Counted from the first letter of the stretch, positions 9,109 through 19,535 are shown. The stretch: 64,000 nucleotides of DNA from an uncultured bacterium (GCA_965603125.1 CBFDBU010000010.1:8734-72733), one strand, 5' to 3'. Program-made: numbers and translations. The notes: generated from the letters alone by a model not told the origin.

Positions 9109-11235
9109 CTACGGCGAAACGTCAAGCAGCCTGAGATGACCAACGCTGTAGAGATCATCTCCCGAATCAGGTTTGACTATGATCCTGTTGTATCCAACCT
9201 TACAAGCGTCTTCCGGTACTTCCAGTGAATCAACCCTCAAACCGCCCAGCTCATTGTCCTGTCTTCTGATACTGTGGAAACCCAGTTCCGTGGAGTCACG
9301 GAAAAACGCGACCGTGTAGTAGTCATTGTGGTCAACGCTGATCTCGAACCGGTTATTCGTGAAAACGGAGTCCAACAGAATGTGCAGACCACCGGACCGA
9401 AGGACGTAATTCCCCTCTTCATTCCAAACCGTCCCCTCTTCCTTGGGTACGCTGATTTCGGCGTAGCTTACTGTCAGCGTAGAAGGATCGGTATAACCAC
9501 TCAAGAGGCAGTCATACGCACCTGTATTCATTCTCCAAATGGCGACCCATCGCTGAGTATCGAGCAGGTCACCGCGTGTTATCAGCAGAAGCTTGTCGTA
9601 GTACGCGGCCACGTTCGTATCGGCGATCATGTTTTCGCCCACTTTCAGGCCCTGCACATACTTAAAGGGCGCTATTCGGGAGAAATGCCCAACGCGCCAG
9701 TCCCGCAACTTATTGGTGGGTAATCTGGCCAGGAGTGGTTCGGTCAGCCCGTAGCCATCGTAGACGTGTATGTCCGGCCCGGCATAAAAGCCAGCGAACC
9801 CTACACACCCGGTGGCGGAAAAATCGTCTCCTTTCAGTCGTAACCTCTTGCCGTCGTCGGCCCACTTGTGGGCAGGCATCTCTTTAGTCCTTTGTGTCCG
9901 GAGCAGTCCCGTTGACTGATAGTACCATCCGCGCTCGTCGGCAATGCCTTTCTCGTTGATCCCCGCTTCCCCATGCGTGCCGTACGTCTTGTCACTCAGA
10001 AGCGGTGGACGAGGCGACGCCAATCCAAGAACAGCCACGACGACTACGGGAATAAGCCTCCCGGCCAATGTTTCGGGGATGGGATACCTCGAGATGAGCG
10101 CCAGCGACGCTACGAACGGCACGGCAAAGAAGCGCCCGCTCATGAAATCACCCCCGATGCTGACGATGTAGAGCAGGTACAATCCGATCCCAACCGAAAC
10201 CGGTAGACTCCTGCGGTCCCGCGTCAGGATCACCAGAAGGATACCGGCAATGATCACGATCAGTGTCAGAGGATCGAGGTTCAGAGTCTCCAGATAGTAG
10301 ATCAGTCCCTGGTACAGGCGCTCCGCAACCGGAATACCCGAATGGAGTTTGGCATAGTATGTGTTGGGAAATGGAAACCCATAGTAGACCATTGAGAACA
10401 GTTCCCACAATATGAATGGTGCGAAACCAGCGACTGCGGTAAGGAGCGCTCGAAAAGATCTCAGCCTCACGAACATGCCCACCAGCACCGGGAGATACAG
10501 CAGGAGCGTATCCATGCGGTTCAGAGCGGCCAGGCCGGCCAGCACACATAGGGGAAAGAAGACTCTCTCGTCTTCCTTTGCCCCGAAGTATACACACAAG
10601 AAGCCAGCCAAGATCAGGTAGCTCAGGGGATTTTCAAGTCCGGAAGTGGCGTAGTCGATGAAGGCCTTGGAAAACAGCGCGGCGGCGAGGACGAGGAGCG
10701 CTCCCGACAGAGATCGGCTTATTTTGAGGGACACGATCAGAATGGCAGACAGTGTGACAACGATCGACACGATAATACTCGTGAAATACAGTTCACCGGT
10801 AATGATATAGAACCCGGACATCAGGAAAACCCACAGTGGATTGGTAAACGCCTGAACCCGCTCGTCAGTATTCCAGGTAAGACCATAGCCGTTGACGAAG
10901 TTGTCAACCGTCCGGAAGGAAATGTACGCGTCGTCGCACACCCATGCATTCCTCAGTATCACGACGATGATAACAAGAACGAAAAGCCCAATCAGGATTG
11001 AGGCGTGATTCTCAGCGCGTCTTGGTGTACCCATTAATCCATAGTACAAACCGACCCATTTCAGAGCAAGCTCTTTTGCCTCCCGGCGTGGGGCCTGTTG
11101 AAAAAGTCGCAGTAGCTGGCCGCCGAAGCATTGTTGCTGGTGCTGCCAGGCGTCTCTGCCTGGCAGTAACGCAAATCCAAAGAGGCATCGGGCAGAGACA
11201 CTCGACGCCACCCCTTGGAGTACGTTTTTCAGCAA
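9109..11235 (-). CDS. polytopic GT-C-type membrane glycosyltransferase with a ~230-aa C-terminal soluble domain
   Basis: The motif VCDDAYISFRTVDNFVNGYGLTWNTDERVQAFTNPLWVFLM aligns with the paralogue at 7369..9042. There are about 12 TM segments. The real start is possibly MGTPRRAEN at 11034. Confidence 0.55.
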   Translation of the reverse strand: MLKNVLQGVASSVSARCLFGFALLPGRDAWQHQQQCFGGQLLRLFQQAPRREAKELALKWVGLYYGLMGTPRRAENHASILIGLFVLVIIVVILRNAWVCDDAYISFRTVDNFVNGYGLTWNTDERVQAFTNPLWVFLMSGFYIITGELYFTSIIVSIVVTLSAILIVSLKISRSLSGALLVLAAALFSKAFIDYATSGLENPLSYLILAGFLCVYFGAKEDERVFFPLCVLAGLAALNRMDTLLLYLPVLVGMFVRLRSFRALLTAVAGFAPFILWELFSMVYYGFPFPNTYYAKLHSGIPVAERLYQGLIYYLETLNLDPLTLIVIIAGILLVILTRDRRSLPVSVGIGLYLLYIVSIGGDFMSGRFFAVPFVASLALISRYPIPETLAGRLIPVVVVAVLGLASPRPPLLSDKTYGTHGEAGINEKGIADERGWYYQSTGLLRTQRTKEMPAHKWADDGKRLRLKGDDFSATGCVGFAGFYAGPDIHVYDGYGLTEPLLARLPTNKLRDWRVGHFSRIAPFKYVQGLKVGENMIADTNVAAYYDKLLLITRGDLLDTQRWVAIWRMNTGAYDCLLSGYTDPSTLTVSYAEISVPKEEGTVWNEEGNYVLRSGGLHILLDSVFTNNRFEISVDHNDYYTVAFFRDSTELGFHSIRRQDNELGGLRVDSLEVPEDACKVGYNRIIVKPDSGDDLYSVGHLRLLDVSP

Positions 11236-11436
11236 GCTCGTGGGACGGGAGCTGAATCCGCAGCAACTTCCTGAAAAGAGGAGACTTACTTCATCTTCTC
11301 GGAGCTGCCTTGATCCTGCACCGGTCGGCAGTTCACAGTGGCGCCTTCATTCTGTCCCCAGACACCGGCGCACCCGCTCTGGGAATCGACCATCGAACTA
11401 CAACACAATCATGTCCACAGCAAAACATCTCTTCAT

Positions 11437-11467
11437 AAAAAAAACCGCCCTTCTGATCGGGACGGTT
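11437..11467 (-). terminator. rho-independent terminator downstream of the sigma factor gene
   Basis: The minus strand reads ACCGTCCC-GATCAGAA-GGGCGGT followed by T8 (an A8 run at 11437-11444 on the plus strand). It lies 27 nt after the stop at 11494. Confidence 0.65.
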
Positions 11468-11493
11468 TCTCAATTGTCGACTGGTATTGTCGA

Positions 11494-12348
11494 TCAGTTC
11501 AGGTATGCCCTCAGCGATCGGCTGCGCGAGGCATGGCGCAGGCGCCGAATGGCCTTCTCCTTGATCTGGCGAACACGCTCCCGCGTCAGTGAGAAGCGAG
11601 CCCCAATCTCCTCCAGTGTCAGCGCCTTCTCATAGCTGAGACCGAAGTACAGGTTGATGACTTCCGCTTCCCGCGCCGTAAGCGAATCAAGCGCTTTCTC
11701 AATCTCAACCCGCAGCGACTGGCTCAGGAGATCCTCATCCGGGGATGGCTGTAGTTCGTCCTCCAGAACATCGATCAGCGAGTTATCCTCGGAAGTGGAA
11801 AAAGGCGCATCAAGAGAGAGATGCGAATTGGATATCTTGAGGGTATCGGCAACCTCGCCCGCCGACAACTGCAACTCTTTGGCGATCTCCTCGGCCGAAG
11901 GCAAACGCCCCAACCCCTGCTCCAGGCGGCTTGAGATCTTGCCGATCTTATGCAACGTCCCCACCCTGTTGAGGGGAAGCCGGACGATCCTGCTCTGCTC
12001 GGCCAGCGCCTGCAGAATCGCCTGTCTGATCCACCAGACAGCATAACTGATGAACTTGAACCCGCGAGTCTCGTCAAACCTTTTGGCCGCTTTGATAAGA
12101 CCGATATTGCCCTCGTTGATCAGATCGGCAAGGGAGAGACCCTGGTTCTGGTACTGCTTGGCTACCGACACCACGAAGCGCAGGTTGGCCTTGGTCAGTT
12201 TTTCCAGGGCCGTTTTGTCGCCCTGCTTTATTTTCCTGGCCAGCCGCACTTCCTCAGCGGCGTCAATCAAAGGAGTTTCCCCGATCTCGCGGAGGTATAG
12301 ATCTAACGATCGGTCTTCATCGCGATACTTTAGGGATTGTTTAGCCAC
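11494..12348 (-). CDS. rpoD: RNA polymerase sigma-70 factor, compact primary-type (regions 1.2-4, no region 1.1 or non-conserved insert)
   Basis: 284 aa with [75 protein letters not shown], and a region 4 reading [28 protein letters not shown]. Confidence 0.85.
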   Translation of the reverse strand: MAKQSLKYRDEDRSLDLYLREIGETPLIDAAEEVRLARKIKQGDKTALEKLTKANLRFVVSVAKQYQNQGLSLADLINEGNIGLIKAAKRFDETRGFKFISYAVWWIRQAILQALAEQSRIVRLPLNRVGTLHKIGKISSRLEQGLGRLPSAEEIAKELQLSAGEVADTLKISNSHLSLDAPFSTSEDNSLIDVLEDELQPSPDEDLLSQSLRVEIEKALDSLTAREAEVINLYFGLSYEKALTLEEIGARFSLTRERVRQIKEKAIRRLRHASRSRSLRAYLN

Positions 12349-12440
12349 GTTTCCTGACTATCTCCTTCCACTGTATGTTCATCCGATGGTTTGCCGCCAC
12401 CCATCCGGGTGGTTCACCAGCGGAAAACTGCATCATCACC

Positions 12441-13937
12441 TCAGGGCCTGATAACCTTCCTGGCTATTGTTCCATCAGGCTCCTGGACTATCAGCGGAAT
12501 GCGCCGCGCTTGGCGCAGTTCGTTGGCTACCTTTTCTATATCTTCAAGTGACTTCACCGGCGCGTCGTCAACCTGGAGGATGATCGTGCCACGGTTTATC
12601 GATGCGAATTCGGCCTTCGTTCCCGGGTAAACCCGTCTCACATAAACGCCTCCGACATACTCTAAACCGACCGCGCGGGCAATCTCGGGAGTGAACGTGA
12701 GAAGTTCCATGCCGGCCCAAACGCTGACCTGGAAATCGTCAGGCCCAGCGTCGGTCTCAGCCAGCGACGCGAGAAAAGCATCACGATCAGTCACTATTGT
12801 ATGCAGCATGACCGTCTCCCCGTCGCGCACAACCTCCACCGGCATCGTGGCTTCATCACGATTGGCAGTCGAGACCAGCACCGAGAGTTGTCCGGCATTA
12901 TCGACCGGCTGGTTGTTAAACGAGACAATTACATCACCTGCCAGCACTCCCGCCTTCTCCGCCGGTGATTCGGCAAAAACGGAGTCAACCGTGACCCCCT
13001 TCACGGCATCGAGACCCTGCCGCTTGGCTTCCCGCTGCGTGACGTCATGAAACCACACGCCAAACCAGCCGCGGCTGGCCTTACCGGTGGCAATCAGGTC
13101 CGGCACAACAGCCCGCGCCAAAGTGATCGGGATGGCAAACCCGATACCGACCGATCCCCCCGTCGGGCTTGAGATTGCCGCGTTGACACCGATCGCCTGG
13201 CCGCGAAGATTCAACAGCGGCCCGCCGGAGTTCCCCGGATTGATCGAGGCGTCGGTCTGAATGTAGTTCTGGTAATCCGGGGTCTCACGTCCGAAACGCA
13301 GGTTGCTGCGCCCCACGGCGGATATCACTCCCACTGTAACCGTTCGATCCAGACCCTGCTGGGGAAACGGGTTGCCGATGGCTATCGCCCAGTCACCCAC
13401 CTTGATATCGTCCGAGTCGCCGAACGGGATCACCGTAACCTCTTCCTCCGGCTCAACCTTGAGAACCGCCAGGTCGGTCTGCGGATCCGCTCCGACCAGC
13501 CTGGCGTCATACTGGTAGCCGGAGGCGGTGCTCACTGTCAGCTCCACAGCATCGCGAACGACGTGATTGTTGGTCAAAATGTAGCCGTCCTCACGAAAGA
13601 AAAACCCCGAGCCGGACGACGTGGCGTAATTCGGCCCCCGATACCACCAGGGCACACGCTCCTCCCTTGATCGGGCGGAGATATTGACCACGGCGTCCTG
13701 CACATTCTCGACCACCGCCACGAACGGCGATTCCAACTCGCCGTCATGATCGACCAGCGGATAAAGCCCGGCACCGGAAACCGGCGCCACCGGCCCCGAG
13801 ATGGCCCCGTCGGCAAACCGCAGATGTGGTGCGATCAGTACCCCGCAAAGGGTGAAGACAAAGGCCACGATACCGAGACTAAAGAACCGTGGCCGCTTCT
13901 TGCGCTTCGATGTCTGAGGAAGAAGGCGCTGCTCCAA
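12441..13937 (-). CDS. htrA: periplasmic HtrA/DegP/DegQ-family serine protease with two PDZ domains
   Basis: 498 aa with an N-terminal TM/signal segment. Catalytic contexts are ILTNNHVV, DLAVLKV and GNSGGPLLN, followed by two PDZ-like segments. Confidence 0.85.
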   Translation of the reverse strand: MEQRLLPQTSKRKKRPRFFSLGIVAFVFTLCGVLIAPHLRFADGAISGPVAPVSGAGLYPLVDHDGELESPFVAVVENVQDAVVNISARSREERVPWWYRGPNYATSSGSGFFFREDGYILTNNHVVRDAVELTVSTASGYQYDARLVGADPQTDLAVLKVEPEEEVTVIPFGDSDDIKVGDWAIAIGNPFPQQGLDRTVTVGVISAVGRSNLRFGRETPDYQNYIQTDASINPGNSGGPLLNLRGQAIGVNAAISSPTGGSVGIGFAIPITLARAVVPDLIATGKASRGWFGVWFHDVTQREAKRQGLDAVKGVTVDSVFAESPAEKAGVLAGDVIVSFNNQPVDNAGQLSVLVSTANRDEATMPVEVVRDGETVMLHTIVTDRDAFLASLAETDAGPDDFQVSVWAGMELLTFTPEIARAVGLEYVGGVYVRRVYPGTKAEFASINRGTIILQVDDAPVKSLEDIEKVANELRQARRIPLIVQEPDGTIARKVIRP

Positions 13938-14207
13938 CTACAATGATCCTCCACCGCTACAACCAAACAGTATACCATTTATCTCAAGCCGTGTCAAGTC
14001 TTTTCTCCATACAAACTGTTGTCTCCGTACATTATAACGTGCCAGCCGCCTGTTTGATTCAAAAATATGTTCGCTCCCCTGCAAAAAACGCGGCAGCCTG
14101 TCTCCCGCTTCGGCCCCTTGTACCCATGCTACGCATGGTAACGAACTGATAGCAGGGACAGACCGGGGCCTGCCACCTATTCAATAGCCGCCAAAGTCAC
14201 CATGCGA

Positions 14208-15401
14208 TTATTCATGGTCTTCCTCCTCAATCCGAACGGTGGAGATTGAGGCGGTCCCGCCAGATCGAGAGCCTGGGGACAGGAGTCGGAACATGGGCAC
14301 ACCCTTCGATTCGAAGGGGACGAGGTATCCGTCGAAAGCATTACCGTTCACCAAACCCGGGGCCACTTTGGACCAGTCAAACTGGTACGACCGGAGTTTG
14401 ACTTCGTCCTCGGAATCGTCGAAGTAGTTGATCACACAGTAAGGACCCACGAAGAGTGGAGTCTTGTATGTGAAATCTACGTGGCCCTTGGGAGCAGCCG
14501 TGAAATCGGCTACCTTGCTGTAGCCTGATTCCCCAAACCGAAACAGTCTGCAGCAGAGCCCGTTTCGGTCGTGAGTGAGCACGTACTCACCTGCACGAGA
14601 AAGAACACTGTGCGGCCTCCTTATGTAGTAACTGCTTGACATCTCATGAGGCAGAACGTGCATTGCTCCTGATTCGAGATTGCAGACAACAAGGCCGTCC
14701 AGAGATCGGAATGCGTAGTGTGAACCGTTCGGACTTACAGCGGTATGTCGAGGGGAAGTCGGGCGAACATCCGGAAGTTGAAGCTCACGCTGCTCGGTCA
14801 TTTCGGGTACCTTTAGAATCTGAATTCGATCCGCATTGTGAAACAAAAGAAGAGAATCATCCAGCGCCTGCAACTCCCAGTATGCCGATGCAGGTGTGAG
14901 GTCTGCGATAAAGCGACCTTCGCCGTCGTAAACGCGCGGGCTTGACCCGAAGGAGATATTGTTCGTCGTATACAAGTACGCCAGACCCGTGGTCGATTGC
15001 ACGGGACTCTCGTCACGTACCTCGGCTACTATACTGCCGTCCTTATCCAGCACGAAGGTCCGATACGCTCCCTCAACAATCCACTCAGTCACAAAGATGA
15101 AACCAGGAGTAGTTCTCAAGTCAACAAGGTAGAATGCACAGCCTTGTGTGGATGAACGAGAAAACAACAACTTCCCTTCCAGATCGAACACGTAAAGCGC
15201 ATTCGTCTTGCCCACCGGATCGAAGCGTGAGATTACAGCAAAACACTCCTCTCCGATGTCAACACCCGGACTGCCGCCCATCACGGGCATGTCCCGCACC
15301 TGAGCTTCAGTCACAGTTGCTATCGTTGAAGATTGCCCGGAAGATACCGAGACTGCAATCCCCGCACCCAGCAGAAGAACTGCCAAGATCAGTCTATTCA
15401 T
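14208..15401 (-). CDS. secreted hypothetical protein (beta-rich, possibly propeller-like)
   Basis: The start is taken at MNRLILAVLLLGAGIAVSVSSGQ (signal peptide), preceded by GAGGAGG. I recognise no family motif. Confidence 0.45.
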   Translation of the reverse strand: MNRLILAVLLLGAGIAVSVSSGQSSTIATVTEAQVRDMPVMGGSPGVDIGEECFAVISRFDPVGKTNALYVFDLEGKLLFSRSSTQGCAFYLVDLRTTPGFIFVTEWIVEGAYRTFVLDKDGSIVAEVRDESPVQSTTGLAYLYTTNNISFGSSPRVYDGEGRFIADLTPASAYWELQALDDSLLLFHNADRIQILKVPEMTEQRELQLPDVRPTSPRHTAVSPNGSHYAFRSLDGLVVCNLESGAMHVLPHEMSSSYYIRRPHSVLSRAGEYVLTHDRNGLCCRLFRFGESGYSKVADFTAAPKGHVDFTYKTPLFVGPYCVINYFDDSEDEVKLRSYQFDWSKVAPGLVNGNAFDGYLVPFESKGVPMFRLLSPGSRSGGTASISTVRIEEEDHE

Positions 15402-15663
15402 AAATAGCCTCCTCTGTTTATCCCTAAGAATGCACACATCAACCAGTCGGTCAAGTACTAACGTAAGCTTCCACCTACAATAGACAGATTGAGAGTAGAG
15501 CTTCCAACCCTTGCTGCAAGCCGATAGCCCTCCGGTCAGGATTTGTGAAGCCCCATGCATATCGGCTTCGACTCAAGGTTTAGCATGGCAAGCTATGTCG
15601 TTGCATAACAATAACTAACGATACGGGGCCTGGTTGGGCACAGACGTTGCGCCAACTGCGGGA

Positions 15664-16044
15664 ATGGAGTGCTACTTTGGATCCTACGAACTACCGGAAC
15701 CCAACGCCCTGGCCAAGTCGGCGGTGGTCACTTTCCGTATCCCGGAAGTCGGGATCAGTTTCAAAGCCCCCTTTGACGGCGCCGACGCCGATCACAGCGA
15801 TCTCGCCTCCCTGTTGGCGCTGCTTGAGTTCATTGACGGCAACCAGAAGTACTTCTCCAACCACACTTATCTCATCTACGGCAACAACCTGAAGGTGGTT
15901 AATCTCGTGAACCGGCGCGAGGCGCCCCCCGGCAGGTTCGCCCACTTGTTGGAGAAGACCCAGACCTATCGCGACAAGTACCGTTTCTCTCTTGAGTGGA
16001 TACCCACCAACGACAACCCGGTTTTTGACACGCTTTTTGATTGA
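15664..16044 (+). CDS. hypothetical protein, possibly a degenerate RNase H-like (RVT_3-type) fold
   Basis: 126 aa from ATG 15664. The pattern ..DLASLLALLEFI......YLIYGNNLKVVNLVN....(~25 aa)..FSLEWIPTNDNPVFDTL resembles the topology of RNase HI/RVT_3, but expected acidic residues are replaced. Confidence 0.3.
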   Translation: MECYFGSYELPEPNALAKSAVVTFRIPEVGISFKAPFDGADADHSDLASLLALLEFIDGNQKYFSNHTYLIYGNNLKVVNLVNRREAPPGRFAHLLEKTQTYRDKYRFSLEWIPTNDNPVFDTLFD

Positions 16045-16077
16045 CGGTCCCCGAAGGCAGTCTGTATCATTGGCCAT

Positions 16078-17067
16078 ATGGCCACTCCCGGAAAGCTCCT
16101 GACGGAGATAAAAGCAGGCCGGTTCAAGCCGGCTTACTATTTCTACGGAGTTGAGGACTACCGGATCACTGAGGCGGAGAAGTTCCTTGCTCGGCAGTTT
16201 CTCCCCGATCGCCAGTTGCAGACCAACTACCGCCGGATAAGCGGCAAGAAAACCTCCGCCGCCGATCTGGTCGCCGAGTTGGCCACTCTTCCCCTTCTGG
16301 GGGAACGCCGGGTGGTGGCTGTCTCGGATTTCCAGAGCTACAAGCCCCACGAACTGAAACAGATCCTGAAAATGCTCTCTCCTCCCGATCCCGGCAGACT
16401 GGTGATTTTCACCTCGCCGTCGTCGAAAACACCCCGAAAAGACTCCAAGTTCATGGCGCTGATGGCCAAGGCGACGGTAACTGTGGAATTCAAAAAGCTT
16501 CGGGGCGCCGAAACGGCCGCTCAGATCTCAGCCAAGTTCAAGGCCGAGGGTCTTACAATCGAAGCCGACGCGCTTGTACTTCTGACCGAACTCGTCTCCG
16601 GCAACCGGGGTGGTCTTGATACGGAGGTCGCCAAGCTGGTCAACTACAAGACCGAGGGCGGCTCTGTCACGGTCGAGGATGTCCGAAGCGTTTCAGCCGG
16701 GTACGAAGCGTACGGCATCTTTGAGCTGGCCGACGGAATTATCGAAAGTCGCCCGCGAACGGTGCTGAAAATGATCAAGACACTGCTTGCCGCCGGTCAC
16801 AGCCCGGTACTCATAGCCACTCTGCTCCAGCAGCATTTCATCAGCCTGTACCTCGTCAAGCATGAGAAAAAGCCATTGGGTAACCGCACCTTTTTGATTC
16901 CCAAGTTTCGTAGGCAGGCTGCCGGCTACGACTCCCAGCGCCTTGAGCAGATCATTATCGAAATCGCTCGGACCGACTCCGAATTCCGGCGGGGCAGATT
17001 GAAACCGGAGACAGCGCTCGATATGCTGGCCATGAATCTTGCACACGAAAAGCAGTCCGGTGGTTAG
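16078..17067 (+). CDS. holA: DNA polymerase III delta subunit
   Basis: 329 aa. The N-terminus LTEIKAGRFKPAYYFYGVEDYRITEAEKFL and the overall length and layout are typical of HolA. Confidence 0.75.
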   Translation: MATPGKLLTEIKAGRFKPAYYFYGVEDYRITEAEKFLARQFLPDRQLQTNYRRISGKKTSAADLVAELATLPLLGERRVVAVSDFQSYKPHELKQILKMLSPPDPGRLVIFTSPSSKTPRKDSKFMALMAKATVTVEFKKLRGAETAAQISAKFKAEGLTIEADALVLLTELVSGNRGGLDTEVAKLVNYKTEGGSVTVEDVRSVSAGYEAYGIFELADGIIESRPRTVLKMIKTLLAAGHSPVLIATLLQQHFISLYLVKHEKKPLGNRTFLIPKFRRQAAGYDSQRLEQIIIEIARTDSEFRRGRLKPETALDMLAMNLAHEKQSGG

Positions 17068-17121
17068 AAGCGGGTCGGGCATTCGTGCCCAGGGATCGGC
17101 TCCCGGCGACGGAAAAAACAG

Positions 17122-17724
17122 ATGGGCAAGAGAATCCGGGAAGAAAAACAGGCTCTGCCGGTAAATCAGGGTGAGGTGAATTCGGCCGAGCAGAGACTGG
17201 TCGAAGAGGCTCAGAACGGCGATAAGAAGGCGTTCGGCCAGTTGATCCGTCGGCACCAGAAGAAGCTATTCCGATTCGTCTATGGTCTGCTCGGCTCCTT
17301 TGACGCAACTGAGGATATCGTGCAGGAAGCCTTTGTCAAAGCCTATGGAGCGCTGGGATCGTTCCGCACCGACAGCGCCTTTTACCCCTGGCTTTCCACC
17401 ATTGCCAGGAACTCAGCCTACAACCATATCAGCCGGGAAGAACGAAAGGAATCGCTTGACCGTCTGCAGGAGAAAGGGTACGACCCTCAGGCCACGGAGT
17501 TGGGGCCGCTGGAGAAGCTGCTTGACGATGAAGCGCAAGTGCGATTTATGAAAGCCGTAAAGGCTCTGCCCGCCAGGTACCGCTCAGTGTTTGTCCTGCG
17601 GCACTTTGAGCGGATGGACTACGGCCAGATCGCCGATTATCTCAGGATTCCGCCCGGGACTGTTGACTCGCGTCTGTACCGGGCCAGACGAATGCTCTTG
17701 GAAAGCCTGAAGGACTTGTTGTAG
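17122..17724 (+). CDS. ECF-type sigma-70 family factor
   Basis: 200 aa. Region 2 reads FGQLIRRHQKKLFRFVYGLLGSFDATEDIVQEAFVKAY. Region 4 reads YRSVFVLRHFERMDYGQIADYLRIPPGTVDSRLYRARRML. Confidence 0.85.
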   Translation: MGKRIREEKQALPVNQGEVNSAEQRLVEEAQNGDKKAFGQLIRRHQKKLFRFVYGLLGSFDATEDIVQEAFVKAYGALGSFRTDSAFYPWLSTIARNSAYNHISREERKESLDRLQEKGYDPQATELGPLEKLLDDEAQVRFMKAVKALPARYRSVFVLRHFERMDYGQIADYLRIPPGTVDSRLYRARRMLLESLKDLL

Positions 17725-17761
17725 ATTGACGGTGGCAGTTAGAGCACGGAGAAGAAGGAAC

Positions 17762-18976
17762 ATGGATCACTCGTACTATCGAGACAGACTCTCGGCCTAC
17801 TTCGACGGCGAACTTCCTGCCGGGGAGCAGCGGGAGATCAAACTCCACCTGGACGAGTGCCGGGAATGCCGGGAACTTCTGGACAAGATGGCCGGACTTG
17901 ACCGGCTCGTCTCAGAGCGCGGAGACCTGCCGGAGGACGGCTATTGGGAGCAGTCGGCCAGACGGATCGAAGCGCAGTTGGGCCGCCAGCAGGACGAGAG
18001 CGTCACCGACGTCCGGGAGCAAACCACCTGGCAGACCCTGCGCTGGAAACTGGCTGCTGCTGCGGCCTCAATCGCCGTGCTAACCTTCATCGCCGTCCAC
18101 AGGGGAGATATCCTCTGGGACGCAGGCCAGGAGATGCCGCCAAGACCGACAGATACACCCGCCATTTCCGAGGAGAAGCCCGAAGCGACCGGGAAACTCA
18201 GGCCGCGCGAGATAAAGAAACGGGAGGGTGTCCAGGTGAGTTCCGGTGGGACTCAGGCGGACGAGCAGCGCGATGTCGAGTTGTCCCCACGGCTTCGCGC
18301 GCCTTCCGTCAGTGAACCCGCTGCTCTGGTTGCTCTGCCTGAGACTGTCGCGATTGCTCCTGCCGCGCCGAGCCGCGATCTCAGTCTCACCACCAAACCG
18401 AAAGCCGCCGCCGCTCCCGAGGTCCCAGCCGAGGAGAATGAGTTGCTGACTGATCAAGATGACATCGGCGGGGCGGGCCTTCCGGAAAAGGTCACCGGCG
18501 ACCGACAGGAGAGCCCGGCGATACCATCAACGGCGCAACTACCGGTGACTCCTTCGCAGAGGGTTGCTCGGCAGGATCAGCGTCCGGTAGAGGTAACAGC
18601 ACCGGTAGATATCCGGGAAACATTCGCGGTAGAGAAAGCAGCGACCGCGCGCGTCGTCACCGCCCATGACCGTGATACTGTCGAACTGGCCCGCTGGCGG
18701 CACATACGGGATTCTCTTATCGTCCTCACCAAGCCCCGGCAACTCCCGAAGGCTCCGCGGACCGTGGCAGTTGAAAGTAAGGACGCCGTTGACAGCACTG
18801 AGGTGAACATAACGATGCGTCTAATGGAGGCATACTGTCATGTCGCTCTGCTCACCGATGACGAGAACGAGTACCACCTGGCGGCAGACTTCCTGCGGGA
18901 AACCGCAACCGGCGGGATGCCCTTTTCAGAGCAGGCCAAGGCCTGTCTGAAACAACTCGAGGGGCGGTTTGAATAA
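17762..18976 (+). CDS. anti-sigma factor (zf-HC2 N-terminus, one TM, long Pro/Ala-rich extracytoplasmic part)
   Basis: It starts MDHSYYRDRLSAYFDGELPAGEQREIKLHLDECRECRELL (H-x3-C-x2-C). The TM segment is WKLAAAAASIAVLTFIAV. It lies directly downstream of the ECF sigma gene. Confidence 0.7.
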   Translation: MDHSYYRDRLSAYFDGELPAGEQREIKLHLDECRECRELLDKMAGLDRLVSERGDLPEDGYWEQSARRIEAQLGRQQDESVTDVREQTTWQTLRWKLAAAAASIAVLTFIAVHRGDILWDAGQEMPPRPTDTPAISEEKPEATGKLRPREIKKREGVQVSSGGTQADEQRDVELSPRLRAPSVSEPAALVALPETVAIAPAAPSRDLSLTTKPKAAAAPEVPAEENELLTDQDDIGGAGLPEKVTGDRQESPAIPSTAQLPVTPSQRVARQDQRPVEVTAPVDIRETFAVEKAATARVVTAHDRDTVELARWRHIRDSLIVLTKPRQLPKAPRTVAVESKDAVDSTEVNITMRLMEAYCHVALLTDDENEYHLAADFLRETATGGMPFSEQAKACLKQLEGRFE

Positions 18977-19067
18977 TATCTTGCGCTGTGAAATCACATA
19001 ACTTTTCTCATGGTTGTCCGTATATCAAAAACAGTACAGAGGTATCGTCTGATTCGGAGGATAGCTT

Positions 19068-19535
19068 ATGAGTAAGCAACTTTTTCGCTCGGAAACAAAT
19101 AAAGTAATCGGGGGGGTATGCGGCGGCTTGGGCGAGTATTTCGATGTCGACCCGGTTCTGGTCAGAGTGGTTGCGGTATTGTTGGCCCTGGCGACCGGAG
19201 TGGCCGTGGTCGGCTACATAGTCGCCTGGATTATCGTGCCCAAGAGACCGTTTGAGATGGAGCCCGGCCGGCCGCAACCGCGGGAAACATCCTGGCACAA
19301 GTATCTACCAGGACTTATCCTGATGGGTATCGGGATTATCCTGCTCATCCGGGAAAACTGGTACTGGTTTGACTGGAGTGAGTTCTGGCCGATAGTGCTG
19401 ATCTTAGTCGGACTGGCGCTGATATTCGGTCGCGGGCGACGCAGAGGGGCCACGACCGGCAACGCCGATTCCGATCGGCCAATGCACGCGAACGGTCAGA
19501 ATCTCGGGCCGCAGAACGGAGGGCCGATCTTATGA
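19068..19535 (+). CDS. pspC: PspC-domain membrane protein
   Basis: The N-terminus LFRSETNKVIGGVCGGLGEYFDVDPVLVRVVAVLLALATGVAVVGYIVAWIIVP is the PspC signature. Confidence 0.8.
   Translation: MSKQLFRSETNKVIGGVCGGLGEYFDVDPVLVRVVAVLLALATGVAVVGYIVAWIIVPKRPFEMEPGRPQPRETSWHKYLPGLILMGIGIILLIRENWYWFDWSEFWPIVLILVGLALIFGRGRRRGATTGNADSDRPMHANGQNLGPQNGGPIL

Noticed and set aside
15691-16350. A 219-aa minus-strand ORF, and also 16693..17256.
   Set aside because: Both are antisense to holA and the small upstream ORF. Their products are low-complexity with no motif.
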